Below are positions 23,201 through 32,600 of a DNA stretch of 64,000 bases, piece after piece. The notes under the pieces are model-generated. The model did no database searches. It saw only the letters and a program-made list of their open reading frames with translations, and was not told the origin of the DNA. Both the position numbers and the translations under genes were made by a program. The stretch lies in IMG/VR virus record IMGVR_UViG_3300010883_000002. One strand, given 5' to 3'. Positions within the stretch are counted from its first letter, which is position 1. The number at the start of each line of letters is the position of its first letter. Source of the DNA: an uncultured virus (IMG/VR IMGVR_UViG_3300010883_000002) (Duplodnaviria; Heunggongvirae; Uroviricota; Caudoviricetes).

Positions 23201-26200
23201 GAGAAAATGGGCAAATCAGGACCAACTGTCAGCACGACCAATGCTGGCGACCCCGCATGGATTAATAGCCACAAAGCTTTCTTGTTTGTAAATGGAAAGC
23301 AAATTCCATCTCATCACGCATATCATGAGATGTTAGGACAGGATACTCACAGCCCATTTCCAGCGGCTCGCACGTCGATTCCAAACGCAATCAAGCACAA
23401 CGGGGCATTGTTTCACAATGTGAAGTCGTGGGCAGCGCAGGGTTCTTCTGGTCACAATCAAGTGCCACACGATATAACCAAGCAGCCAGAAGATTTTGAG
23501 TTTCAATCCTTTGATTTGATTAATAACTTTACTTTTGGCAAGTGTATTAAATTTGAAAATCCGATGGAGAAAGACCGACATACCCTGAGAGGATACGTTC
23601 AGAACCCTGTCCATCCACAGACAGGACCAGTATATATTAGGAAGACGAGTGCTTTTGAACCTGATGCCGTATTGCGAGGTAAAGTAAATGATGTGTCATT
23701 ATACACTGGGGGTTTTGTAGACCTAGAACCAGCCAATTTAACGGACATGATTAATTTCGCCTCAATGACGCTTCAAGAGGGATCAACCTCTACTGGCTGC
23801 GCCTTCAACACTCCGGGGAAAGAAACTTTTGATGTAAACAGTGAGGCACACTTATCCGAACTGGAAGAGTGTGTAAGAAAGGCGGCTTTCAACTCAATCA
23901 TAAACCCAGCCCTACCAGCAGGTTCAACAGATACTCCGGTGGAGTCTATCTTTGCCATACATCATTACGGAGAACAGTGCGAAAACTTAAATGATGTGTA
24001 TGCAGAATGGGCTAAAAAAATGAATTGCTCAGAAAGTGGAACCACTGAAATGGTCACTCCGACTGGGAGAACCATCGTTGACGACGATGTTCCCGATGGT
24101 ATCGTCAACGATGAGCTTGACCATCAGTTTTTTGTCAGACCGCCAGATGCGAGGGTCCATTACCTCAACCTGCGGACGATCAGCGAGATAGATAAAACAA
24201 ATTATCTCCAGAAAAAAATATATCGCCCATATGATAATTGTGCGAAGATGAGTGGCTGGTGGAAAATGGGCATTCCAGTTTGGGAACGGGAGTTATGCGA
24301 GACTACTGTTTGGAAAGAAGATTTCTTTAAATGTTATGGACATACCGACGCTATTCAACATATTGATAAAGTGTATGAAGATCACAGAGAATTAGGAATC
24401 GACGCTTACCCCAGATTGACCTTAAAAATAAATGCGATCAAAAAGCTGCTTCCCTATAATGGATTTTATCCATCTCAGAGAACGGTCCAGCTAGCTAGCT
24501 TGTTTTATGATTCTATTTCTCCATATGTTGTTGGAGAGAATGACGAACAGGCTTATGAAAGGGCTAGGACTTTGCAAGCAATGACGCAGCCTTTCTTCGC
24601 ACCGGGCATTCTTTATAATACAATTAAGTCTGGCATTGCGGTGGATTGGGCTTGTTACGCAGGCGAGCATGACGGCACTTCTAATGATATGCGGGATCGT
24701 TTTCTCGACAGGTACTATGAGGTTGTATGGTGTTGCACTGAAAACTGCGATGACGACTTACCTTCTTGTAGCGAGGTGGCGAGCGGCGAGCTTTCTACTG
24801 CTGGACCAGTAAGGGGTGTCATCTCCGATGCTAACCTGTCTCATGTTAACAATATAGTCGCAGCAGCGACAGTCGAGATGATGAAAATTCTCGCAGCCCG
24901 TGGACAGGTGGCAGATAAAGGAAAGCTAACGGAAGAAGCACAAAGGGAGTTATCTGGTCTTCTCATAGACCGCTTTGCCAGTGGTGCCCTAGACCCAGCC
25001 AAAGTTGATCCAAGACAAGTTATTGAGGGCTTCGGACGTGCATTCGATGGAGCTTCACCGGAGGATATTAAAAACGAAGTGCGGGAAATGGCGTCGATGA
25101 GTGTTGCTCCTTCAAGATCAGATAATCCCGAAGTAGAGTTGAGACTTGTAAATGATGCTGGGTGTGAGGGTGCGTTTCTAGGAGAAGCGCCCAACTTTAG
25201 AATTCCATTTGAGGGGTTGGTTTCTATCGACTCGGTTCTTCCGTTACAAAACAGTCAAGAGCTTTCTAAGATATTTCTCCTTGCTCCATCATATTATGCG
25301 GAGAGATTTGAGCCAACACTCGATACGGCGATGTTTAGCCTACCGGATGATGCTCCACCTAATTCCACTATTTCAGGCATTGCTGGCGAACCAGATGAAA
25401 ACTTGCGATACCCGTATTTTGAATGGCTTGGACGAAAGAATCCTCTTTATGAAATGGCGATGCATAATTTCTTAGCAGAGGTTCCAAACTTCTTCTTGAA
25501 AAGAAAAGGGTTCACAACATTTGCTTCGCAGCCAGAAAAAGATTTTAAAACAGTTACTAGCGGAACAATGTATTACATGGATGTGCAACTGTATGTTACA
25601 GAAGATTTTGCGATGACTTCTAGCCCCCACGACGGGGAGGCGTGTCAAGTTCTTGATGGCGCTGGTTCACAAGTCCTCGATGCATCTGGTAAGCCGTTTA
25701 CTACAGAGGGGAGATATTTCGGTCCAGCCGTTAAATATCTTGAGAACATGGAGGATCAATTTTATATTGGTGACCCAGCCCAAGCACCATATGTTCCACC
25801 ATATTTTTATGGTCGAGCTAAAGCAAGAGTTATCTTTGAACCTACTGAAGATGGGCGTCCAACGCTCGATGATATTTTTAAGAATTCATCCATTCAATAT
25901 GTAAACGAAGAGATGGACGAACTGTTTGCAAACAAGATGGTCCCGCCAGATCCATCCTTGTCTGCTGCCTCCTTGGTTTATAGGAACACTGAGTATAGAA
26001 ATACTCCAGCCTATCAGGGAAGAATGCCTATGGAGGCTTCAATTAATTTCTTTGGTCGAACTAAACAAAGGAAAATTACATATGATGTAGTTCGCTCTCC
26101 TTATGAATTGCCTGATGTTCTGGACTCTATTAAAGAGCCTTATTTGGCTAGGACGGCAGAAGATAGTGATACTTCCGAAAGCTCGGTGTGGACTATTTCA

Positions 26201-28459
26201 CCACGGTTTGAGTGTCCTACATTAAACTTCAAAACAGAGGATAATCTTCGTATGCGCCAATACCCGGTTGAGGCGACGATGGATACGCTTTCTGTTGCGG
26301 TTCAGAATGCTGGTTTAACAGACCTTAGACCAGATCAAGTAAAGGCTTTAAATGCCCTTGGGTATTCTTTGAATGCAAGTTTGGCTGTTTCATTATATCA
26401 ATGTACTGTTTCAGCTTGCGCCCCTCACGTTGGTTGGAATTGTGAAGAGTTTTTCGAGGGAAGTCAAGAGCTTCCTCCTTGCGGAGAAGCCTGCACCACA
26501 GAACGCTTGCCGCACGACGCCAGAGGTATTGGTATGTGGTCTGGATATGGTCAAATCCCCGAAGCAGAAGAGGGTATTTTTATTACCCTAGAGGAATCTT
26601 ATAAACGACGGAGGGATATGAAGACTCCGATTAAGTGTGAGCTTTCTACGAAGAACCATGAAGTTCCAACAGCAAAGATTATTATTCCAGATGTTCAAAC
26701 ATGGAAACTCCACGATTCTAAGATTACCTTGACAAGTCCTCATGGTGACGAAACAGAGATTACAATCGGTCAGCCAACAAATGTTTACGATCTCAATGGC
26801 TGGGGCGGCTTTGTTGATCTTTGGGGCAACAACTCAGGAAACGAAACCGAGATTGACTATTACGGTGCAAACGTTTTTGAGCCGACCTATACTGATCAGA
26901 ACACCGCTGCAACTTCGTTTAATTGGTTTGGCACTTTAGGGATTAACGCTGGTCCTCCCAAAGTTGTAACATTTAATACACAACAAAATTTTCAAGCTCT
27001 TATGGTTTGGCCACCTGCTAGCGTCAATGGCGGTGGAGCGGGTGGAACAATGAGCACCACTGGAACTGGACCCGTACACCGTGGAGAATATGATGTAGAA
27101 GCATATCTGGGCGCAGAAGGAATTCATACTAATTTCAACCACCAGTGGAATTGGGGTCAGTACGCTGGCTGGAGTCAAGGTATGGTGCAGCCAATAAATA
27201 TTGCTAAAGCGATTGCACACTATATTAATGGGCGCTCAAGACTTGAATCAGACTTTTGCTGGCAAGCAGAAGCAAAATATTCAACAGGCGTTACAATTCA
27301 AGCCGATGCCGGGATGGTAGAGATTAAGTGGGTGGAGAGAGATCCAGATCGAACAGGAACAGATTTAGAACCGCTTATTGCTATTGAGCCGGGTAGCGTT
27401 GGCGTTCCATATGATATACAAAGCCCAGCAGCTATACATTTTGTAGATGAAAATGGTAAGATTGTGTGGAATAAAAAAGGTGGAACATACGATTTCTACC
27501 CAGAGGAAACAGATGAGGAATACGTTCGCTGTATCGAGACTGTTGGCTCTCTGGTGGACGTGTGTGGGTTCCAAACCTCAACGGAGAGAGTTGGCGAGCT
27601 AGCTGACGAAAAAGAAATTTCAGAAGCAGTGGTTATGATTCCATTCGTAGATGAGCCTATTAATAGTAAAACGATGGCGTCAACGGTTAATGTTATGGGA
27701 CGAAACTTTTTCAAACTTTCTAAGAAGCTCTTCAATTACACTAAGAAAAATATTGAAGCAGGTAAGCCAGCAATTCCACACGAAGGTGCATCTAGTGAAT
27801 ACAGCGTAGAAAAGGATATTCCAAGTACGTCTGTTTCTGAAATGATTACTAACATAAAAAAATATAACATGCCGCCTCAATTTGATTTCATTACTTATCC
27901 GCTGAAGTCTGGTGAGTTCCCGTTTGTTATGTACATTTTTGAATTTCATCACACTTTGGACAAGCAGGATTTGGCTGACATTTGGCAGGGGGTTATGCCG
28001 AAGATCGCTGTGACCGCTGAGAAAGATTCAGTAGTCATATCACATGAGATGAATCCTGTTGAATTTTATGAAGCCAAAAAGCTCCCACCGAACGTTCGTT
28101 GGTTGACTTTTAAGGTTAAGAGAAAAGCTAATATAGATTATTATTCTGTCACGGCAGACTCAAGAGATGATGATAGATTTAAGTTTGACTTTGAATTTGG
28201 CGAAGCAGCGCCAGAGTATAGTTATAATTGGCCATATGACTTTTTCTCTTTGGTTGAGTTGGTCCAAGTAGAGGGTGGAGTGTCTGCAACACCAGCCTAT
28301 GAGGATATTATTAAAAAGTCTAGATTGCCTATTCGGGGAGATACCGAAGATCAATTGACCGACGCACACATAGCAGGACAGGCAGAGGGTACAACCAAAA
28401 TTGGATCGCTGGTGGACTGGGATCATGTTTTTAAAGCAGTGCCAGAGGATGAAGACTAA
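14252..28459 (+). CDS. Giant (4735 aa) baseplate/tail protein with LamG (ConA-like) domains and a gp7/P2-gpI-like wedge motif
   Basis: 14.2 kb uninterrupted ORF. LamG patterns TVEFW..WNHYAY..FYLNG..DEFRYW (~14.9-15.4 kb), a second copy at ~16.4-17.0 kb, and FTLSFW..WQHIVMV..LFVNG..DVSLY (~22.7-23.7 kb). IYKAKGTEKSFRNLLHCFG (~16.1 kb) resembles the YxxKGT wedge motif. Confidence 0.7.
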   Translation: MSIKDLFGKKSNQIVSSESLKETVDRNIESVDYAEQHVVEKRRFIPRVDFSDPKSFARYGSASKYYSDAIQTIYQSYPYDGSYAEKKDWHSRATYIDNWFFENQYPRFVGHVKLNDIKLHPFASANVLGDGRNYMTLTDPQYIALKGGPHRTLINDTGNREQIDHGISGADVNKEFPFKLGKANIWNPKEMRDSNLYMSGELGNTVEFWWRKDQPKRLGTVCLFDMWNQEPHGSTEYGRILIEHDEQVLAATGDYFHVTYAHGTNGVERQPVGNLNDVPNDYNPWAWNHYAYTCVNEGGELRVRFYLNGKLITDGLAGTAIDVVQQHPDKASAAFIGAYQNRPVSSILAIKWGPTGEGNVAVQASYDEFRYWKQARTSEEVGRHWFTQVGGGTNTDDANVMLGVYYKFNEGIVDAENKDSQYDKNVLDYSGRISNGTIQNYNIRTRSLESAMESFSTKHKEFKDPVLYPAHPEVAELLRTKKDEGFVHDTSNNAAIYHTMPEWITSEDEELGGEALLDLTQVIASYFDTLHLQIEALPCLTNTKYVQDDEKPLPFASHLLESVGFVAPEIFIDASLLETMAHRDETQNFEEKVYNVKNTIYQNIYNNIAGIYKAKGTEKSFRNLLHCFGIGDELIKINLYGSDVVFKFDDTYRHVAARKNYLDYNNVDRFDSSVFQKRNPDNPNSTSYIRGSDTSEFDYIPFTLEVESVFPRVLDNDHPNYDRHNFTNISIFGMHEAYALDEDVLNWQPSKACDFEVFAIREEIDGEERKNVKFKLRAQGFGGFELETGFYPEVYNNEQWNFAVRIYQNKRPLTDLVLGSEFAGDPPVDEEYTFEFYGVNTVLGDVQEEFLLTQAVAATDAKSALNAYKRIYVGAHYRDFGPDHTNPEPLMQTDIKIGSVRYWADYLDSDTIQDHARDTTNWGRKRPYKPAYFAEGVLDTYHVPQIETLVLHWDFATVTVADGGDPTVNTILSDAGFWVEDVSSGSLDKTLPGGKYDWLGKVTEYQHTARGDYYYPNDKEVIDRDYVYTSRQHLPEIIHSSDTINILRQDDDVFTKESKAINHFWAIEKSMYQNISEEQLEMFASIVEFNNLVGEGVNRYRMEYKDLGKLRHIFFAKIDNVPRFERYVEFYKWIDSSISAMLQELIPASANFSDELRTLIESHILERNKYWNKYPTLEMKDKPPEVPILGINEMLYNWKHGRAALEEKKNCLWWNLRTERNHPLLTTGYDDIDADKNQLLHAYQTIDSGSWEDRRFAHGTNSYNMESYQASTFVLRNLSKPYKFSVDENVPIHGGRNYPQNKKLHYVRTETPFASEGTVCLEDANQVAGFDCLDDYESEYTMKRRLAFAAANKKYREGTEENQAKGTLLSPFDLYADVADDDAHTGRYWGNVHSDTYGDDMETPMQGVFTDTHVGGLQYRHIVFNHGDDDQTTRPEAWLFDAETGCFIGPDQISVHNPRARYYRDEKAKRPVNIRNVKTTLENPILGNFRFLYEFSQTVSRKKNNSWFTKIEGIPAHDVWSVQSKVVKGHYDFELPIRQLHPDGEQTHKQYGREWVEEWKALRADPHLYKHRHVFVERFSAPGSPHTIPRGMMDVEAEEFSPHNQLNFRNLDVRVHLKRWLTHHARWGGYRSWYRQRPVLDCWDIKTNPDDVWGADWNPLLDPNPGSPGDTGVFCAANYHKMNRNVKYVFRPTEYFDLSAAKGYWAEQYDEDCSDCGDNDCDPDVVYPPGHPCCLPYWFPIKVKYVCKETFDNWWQQHQVPQSGYQYSWIKDSVLPVDCPQGYAEPFTNMRAEYPTIVVDPDDPEYGLMPEAKPFDNTTFPSDYTDPPLKGERAGPIKEDPYWKISLIDGSYIENNHDNWALGHFTLRGSSLDSTVQEYTLAQYSISVGVTLLDNLWDDSKLVIESGFPFMRVFKRWDEKHHPYSYENVITNTELGYCEYSWAGVNMLGDNLSNSAAWKKYDQYYHPTKQQLINVSESPAGEPTYKLVNLPDFILDDEGNIVPNITDPHADVISQYTAGSVNNVSYSNGGVYSAALNCDLIEDQLNDAYVPSLSFNDLMLHRNGPYQHPSWKQIRGHEHPITRFHRNNNIISMLDHTRAMDFVYKIDPRKDGTEQERRLVFRERRSDSVTNYVEPCAAWNMPMTHRLGFPGSRVGGRLKHTFSNNLEMFANPFLTQRLSLVKCDKQMYDTLLEQYMDSEASTSPKFFGMVYKEYIFPKHRNVGLAKIRSRLNYKEVSGYGVNGYDKRVSEIRNFWHTDANDRKRTELKSKSGAVTHPTEWAYNFAVDTNNTTALNCFNYPVRRSSVWALDYHKYWDEDIGVRLGAAGNGEDLAQFCPSNLPPEMAGVKTKILLNRAKSVRVMRGDLGWAGFAQFRGYVYDGTNTNPDFNEGNGHYSPDWYSDTCLGFYTRLDLSLIDQECNKYQIEDPQNGKWHDIPAPCLPLLDPETGQPVEGESDTKDSCCCPVKEYQEWMAPRPTPQYIHNPQSCKATEEGWAWNTAALSGKAPWYDSYEEYNKDIRLIGQNYSILPEFRISSNMKYYVNEMGGDFRSENKKMFETIGTFTRIGGQQPEAPETSGETYTQYQSYHSYDGINFLQDDFENLVSGYTYEINWAAGFESFNNGEMANTIILDNCLQEQPVPLDAVATNWKCAVAQPITKLNTILKLKDAKMFYGEDTEELKNSYSFFDHHEATAPHQRQGGEGEFMKVSLGDTGLQYNNLQGDVDCYFSYVKLFDTYPEIPGEGIPIGGAPSLAEIRGNFDGTGDTDTDYGECLDLDGYELSPPDITSAIRNAYHEAKGESCFTLSFWVNVDHDGWRQAENQSMGGFTFSYEGPPSEQDLTNLFKPMAAIRDIEGLIGDADLEQQPELSELENRANKQGQLNIVDDRNLPDSLNKPEGEQDGATPKYGMDKRLSFYLKDFYDNPAQGDSHQFIDLVSNPNALSGRPMLVDDCGNKLHFDIELHDGSLHGTWQHIVMVYIGGSNEKMGKSGPTVSTTNAGDPAWINSHKAFLFVNGKQIPSHHAYHEMLGQDTHSPFPAARTSIPNAIKHNGALFHNVKSWAAQGSSGHNQVPHDITKQPEDFEFQSFDLINNFTFGKCIKFENPMEKDRHTLRGYVQNPVHPQTGPVYIRKTSAFEPDAVLRGKVNDVSLYTGGFVDLEPANLTDMINFASMTLQEGSTSTGCAFNTPGKETFDVNSEAHLSELEECVRKAAFNSIINPALPAGSTDTPVESIFAIHHYGEQCENLNDVYAEWAKKMNCSESGTTEMVTPTGRTIVDDDVPDGIVNDELDHQFFVRPPDARVHYLNLRTISEIDKTNYLQKKIYRPYDNCAKMSGWWKMGIPVWERELCETTVWKEDFFKCYGHTDAIQHIDKVYEDHRELGIDAYPRLTLKINAIKKLLPYNGFYPSQRTVQLASLFYDSISPYVVGENDEQAYERARTLQAMTQPFFAPGILYNTIKSGIAVDWACYAGEHDGTSNDMRDRFLDRYYEVVWCCTENCDDDLPSCSEVASGELSTAGPVRGVISDANLSHVNNIVAAATVEMMKILAARGQVADKGKLTEEAQRELSGLLIDRFASGALDPAKVDPRQVIEGFGRAFDGASPEDIKNEVREMASMSVAPSRSDNPEVELRLVNDAGCEGAFLGEAPNFRIPFEGLVSIDSVLPLQNSQELSKIFLLAPSYYAERFEPTLDTAMFSLPDDAPPNSTISGIAGEPDENLRYPYFEWLGRKNPLYEMAMHNFLAEVPNFFLKRKGFTTFASQPEKDFKTVTSGTMYYMDVQLYVTEDFAMTSSPHDGEACQVLDGAGSQVLDASGKPFTTEGRYFGPAVKYLENMEDQFYIGDPAQAPYVPPYFYGRAKARVIFEPTEDGRPTLDDIFKNSSIQYVNEEMDELFANKMVPPDPSLSAASLVYRNTEYRNTPAYQGRMPMEASINFFGRTKQRKITYDVVRSPYELPDVLDSIKEPYLARTAEDSDTSESSVWTISPRFECPTLNFKTEDNLRMRQYPVEATMDTLSVAVQNAGLTDLRPDQVKALNALGYSLNASLAVSLYQCTVSACAPHVGWNCEEFFEGSQELPPCGEACTTERLPHDARGIGMWSGYGQIPEAEEGIFITLEESYKRRRDMKTPIKCELSTKNHEVPTAKIIIPDVQTWKLHDSKITLTSPHGDETEITIGQPTNVYDLNGWGGFVDLWGNNSGNETEIDYYGANVFEPTYTDQNTAATSFNWFGTLGINAGPPKVVTFNTQQNFQALMVWPPASVNGGGAGGTMSTTGTGPVHRGEYDVEAYLGAEGIHTNFNHQWNWGQYAGWSQGMVQPINIAKAIAHYINGRSRLESDFCWQAEAKYSTGVTIQADAGMVEIKWVERDPDRTGTDLEPLIAIEPGSVGVPYDIQSPAAIHFVDENGKIVWNKKGGTYDFYPEETDEEYVRCIETVGSLVDVCGFQTSTERVGELADEKEISEAVVMIPFVDEPINSKTMASTVNVMGRNFFKLSKKLFNYTKKNIEAGKPAIPHEGASSEYSVEKDIPSTSVSEMITNIKKYNMPPQFDFITYPLKSGEFPFVMYIFEFHHTLDKQDLADIWQGVMPKIAVTAEKDSVVISHEMNPVEFYEAKKLPPNVRWLTFKVKRKANIDYYSVTADSRDDDRFKFDFEFGEAAPEYSYNWPYDFFSLVELVQVEGGVSATPAYEDIIKKSRLPIRGDTEDQLTDAHIAGQAEGTTKIGSLVDWDHVFKAVPEDED

Positions 28460-29658
28460 TGACGTTTTTTAATAAAAAAGAAGATGTGATCGAAATTCAA
28501 CTGACGCAGTACGGCAAACATTTACTGTCAAAGGGGAAATTTAAGCCAGCCTATTATTCTTTCTTCGATGACGATGTGTTATATGATGCCGAGTATGCAG
28601 GGTACAATGAAAAACAAAATGATGCTCAGCCGAGGATTGAAGATATAACTCCGAGAACAAAAACTCAATATGTTTTCAGCAGCAGAGAAAAAGAAGTGCG
28701 AAAGCTGGTTGACCATGTTCTTCACGAAGGTGGGAATATAAGAGATGCATCTGTGCAATCAACTCCAGATAAACATTATGCACTTTCTGCGCCGCTTGGA
28801 ACTTCTGACTATATTGGCAATAAAGCTCCATCATTTAGTGTGACGTTTCTCCGTGGCACGATAGGTGAATATGTAACACACTTGACGGGCGCACACCCAA
28901 CAATGCACATTCCACAGTTGGCAGTAAATTCAATCCTTTACACCACACAGTGCTGGCTAGACAACCCACCTGATACGGACTTGCTAGACCCCCCCGGTGG
29001 ACCGCAAGCGGGTGGTATAGGCTCTGCTGGCTCTGCTGGCGCTATTGGCTTAGCGGTCCAGCTATATGATGATGGTTCATATATTGAAATCAAAGATGAT
29101 TGGCTGCTGGTCGAGGCTGAGGAATTAAATGTTCCATTCACTAACGAAAACTTTGATGTTGAGGTGTTCTTGGTTGAAGATGTAGATGCACAGGGCAACT
29201 TAGTTCCTAAAGAATTAAAAGGCTTGGTGGACACAAGAGAGATGCTGCACCAATTATCGTTTGTCAAACATGCAGTTCTGATTGACGAGAATGATATTTT
29301 ATTAGACGAGCCAGAGGGAGGAACTACAGAACAATTTCCAGAGATAGATCCTAGTTATGTTGAATATTGGTTTAATCTTTGGGTTGATTCTGAGATAGAC
29401 GAAATGGTACTGTGTGCCGACGCACCAGTTAACAGACCGAGGGGAATTTTTACACAAGATGCATTGGAGTGTGCCATGAACGATCAAGACGATGTACCAA
29501 CTTCCGAAAACGCAATCGGAGGTAGCGACCTTGCCAAGAACACCGGACTATCGGATTCTCCAAACGCAAACTCGCAGGCTGGAGGTATGGGCAACGACTT
29601 GTATGATAAGTCGGTAACAGACACAACAGTTGACGGTGACGGGGGAGATGACTGCTAA
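28459..29658 (+). CDS. Putative baseplate/tail structural protein; N-terminus paralogous to 36062..36982
   Basis: TAATG coupling. N-terminal LTQYGKHLLSKGKFKPAYYSFFDDDVLY aligns by eye with LTDTGRMRLAKGDGSFKITKYALADDEIDY. Confidence 0.55.
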   Translation: MTFFNKKEDVIEIQLTQYGKHLLSKGKFKPAYYSFFDDDVLYDAEYAGYNEKQNDAQPRIEDITPRTKTQYVFSSREKEVRKLVDHVLHEGGNIRDASVQSTPDKHYALSAPLGTSDYIGNKAPSFSVTFLRGTIGEYVTHLTGAHPTMHIPQLAVNSILYTTQCWLDNPPDTDLLDPPGGPQAGGIGSAGSAGAIGLAVQLYDDGSYIEIKDDWLLVEAEELNVPFTNENFDVEVFLVEDVDAQGNLVPKELKGLVDTREMLHQLSFVKHAVLIDENDILLDEPEGGTTEQFPEIDPSYVEYWFNLWVDSEIDEMVLCADAPVNRPRGIFTQDALECAMNDQDDVPTSENAIGGSDLAKNTGLSDSPNANSQAGGMGNDLYDKSVTDTTVDGDGGDDC

Positions 29659-32600
29659 TGCCATCTTTAATTAGTCAAGAAGAGTTGTTGGGTGATTTGC
29701 TCCCGTCTGTGTATTTCGACGGGATCACGTTAGAATCTTCTGGTCAGCCGCCAGAAGACGACGATCCTCATATCGACCATCAACGTGAGCGAGCCAATCG
29801 TGATAAAGACACCCCAAACAGTCTACTTGTCACAGCCGACCTTTGCTTAAAAGAAAAGTTGGATACTAGCTTGATCGGTCGCTGGTTTGGTGATTCAGGC
29901 AAGTTTACTAATTACATAAAATTGATGGTGGTTGTTTCTACAAATCCATTTGTAACTAAAGCGTTTTCTAGAAACAATCAAGCTATCGCTCTTGCTAATA
30001 AGTGGGGGCACTGGGATGTTAATTCTAAATCTGTAAAAACTCTTAAGAAAGATTTTAAAATTAATGACGTGGCTGATCTTAAACGTGAGTTTTACAGTAA
30101 GGATAATTTTCAAGTAAAGGTGCTAACCATCAACCAAGATGTTCTTGGCGATAATAAAGACTTAACCCAACACAAATCACATACTGATAGTGACGGGAAT
30201 ACAATACATGATATTAATTTTAGAGCAAGCTTTAAAGTGCGAACAGAGAAGCCACAACATTTGGCATGTTTTGCGGTGGCTTATTTAGATATGCCAGCGT
30301 TAGTTGATGCTTATAATCTTGATGTTGATGAGCACACATTAAAGAACCAAAACGGAAAATGTTCTGCGGAAGTGGTCATTGATAATTATAATATTGTTGG
30401 GAACACTAATGTTTTTTACACAACGGCTGGTGTCATCTGGACAGGTCCAATTCATAAGAGTGGTAAGACATGGCGAACGGGCAGTAATGCTAGCGAAGGA
30501 GGTGAGAGGCTAAGACATTCTACTGTTCCAAATACCAAGATACAGGATTTTAGAAACATTAAAGAAATTAAACGATTGGAAATTAACCTAGCGGTTATTG
30601 AACAGGAGTTGTTTGCAGCAAAGAATAAATTCAAGGGTATCAAAAATGACAAAATGACACCAAGGAGAAAGAATGCTTATTTTTCTGACTGTTATTTAAC
30701 ACGAAGCGACGTTGGTGCAGCACGGCTTTGTTTTGCGGTGGATTATGAAAAGCTAGTGAGAGAACAATCCTTATATGGAAAGCTCTTAGAGACAAAGAGC
30801 AAACACACTAAAAGAAAGTTGCTGACTGAGAGCAAGATTCGATCTTTGAAATTCAAAAGAAGAAGAATCAAGAATGTCAAAACACAAAACAAATTAGGTG
30901 CTCCAATAATGGGAGAAGTCCTTTTTGACAGTGGTGAATATCCCAACATGTTATCAATTGGCGGCGAGGCTGCTTCGGGGCGATTTAGCACGTCTAGAAA
31001 ATATAATGGCGGCGGCTGGATTAAAGAGGTGGACGTTCTGTTGGACTCTCCACAGCAATCAGGGCGGGGATTAAGATTCTTTACGGGAGAAGATTGGGAA
31101 ATGAAATCCATCACCGATGGAGATTATCAATATGGAGTTGAAATAACCGTAGAAGACGCCACAGTAGAATATTTAGACAAGGTTCTGAGCGGGTTGTTAC
31201 ATCACAGAAACCGATTGAATCGTTACTACCATGAATCTACTAAGCTTGGTATGACAAAATATATTGTTGAGCTAGAAGATCCACATATTGATTCGACGAT
31301 GGAAAGGTCTGCAATATTAAAAAATTCACCGGGCAACTATGACCCCATTTCAAATAGATTCACACAGCACTTCATTGATACACAAACAAAAAGATGGGAT
31401 GGTTCTTTTGCTAACGGAAAAAGTAAAATACGGTATGCGCCTTGGGTTTCTCCGCTTATCAACTACATGATTAACCTTCACATGCTCACGAATAGTTTTG
31501 AGTCAGCAGCAGGTTGGAAAATTTTAAAAGCAATTTATTCTTATATTTCTCCTGCGACTGGCAGTCCGAAAGGCATCATGGTTTTTGTTAAGCTAATGGA
31601 CGATTTAATTATGAAGTTGTCTGGTTTGATTGGAGCAGACGTTACATTTACCACAGACCGGAGAGAGCGAGGGTATTGGAGAACACACACCCACGGTCCA
31701 GATAGAAATCTAGTAAAGAGATCAAGGACTCCAACCAAAACGTCAACTGTTGAACACTGGTTCTCAAACAACTCATTTGACTCCGAGGTTGCAAACAACG
31801 TGGGATTTGATTATTTGTCTTCTGGTTTGTCAACAAAGTCTGCGGCTTCCAGAGGTGGTTTGCGGCAGATAAACGGCGAAGCGTGGAAGAAGCGAGTAGA
31901 AGAAGAGGTACTAAGATATTTTAAATCTCCATCAGTAGACATTAATATGAGAATCGGTTCTAATATTTTGACAGAACGAGATAGCTTGAAGAGGACAAAC
32001 TTTACATTTTTTGCACCATCCTTTGTTTACCTAGACAACAATGCGACCTCCCTTGTGATGGACGCCTCTAGCTTAACGGCTAGTGTATATGATGATGATC
32101 ACCTTAGTGTGCTTGAGAGCAGCATCTTACTGTATAAGTCAACTACTACGCCACGATTCCCAGTAGATGCTAGATCGGCTGGCTGTATGCCAGTGATGGC
32201 GCACAAGTTCAAGGAGAATATGCAAATGTTTTTCGCAGACTTAAATTTAACTATAGAAGCCCCATCTCAAATAGAGAGCTTGCCCTTGACAGATAGGTAT
32301 TTTTTAAACAATCAAGTGTTCCGTTCGCCCAACTTTGAAATGTGTGACCTTTTGGGTGATATTCCAGATGATACCAATCTGGACCCGATTGTTCTTGTTC
32401 CAAAGACTAACTGCGACCCAGATGAAGAACAAGCTTGTATAAATCCAAATACTTTGTTTATGTCATTGATGCGACCATTTAGCTCAACAGGTGCGACGGG
32501 AGCAAAGTCAACAAACAGCCCATATGAGGAACCGAGGCACACTGCCAAGCTTCATTATGGGGAATTGAATTTGGACACCATCGAGGCTTATAATTTGAAT

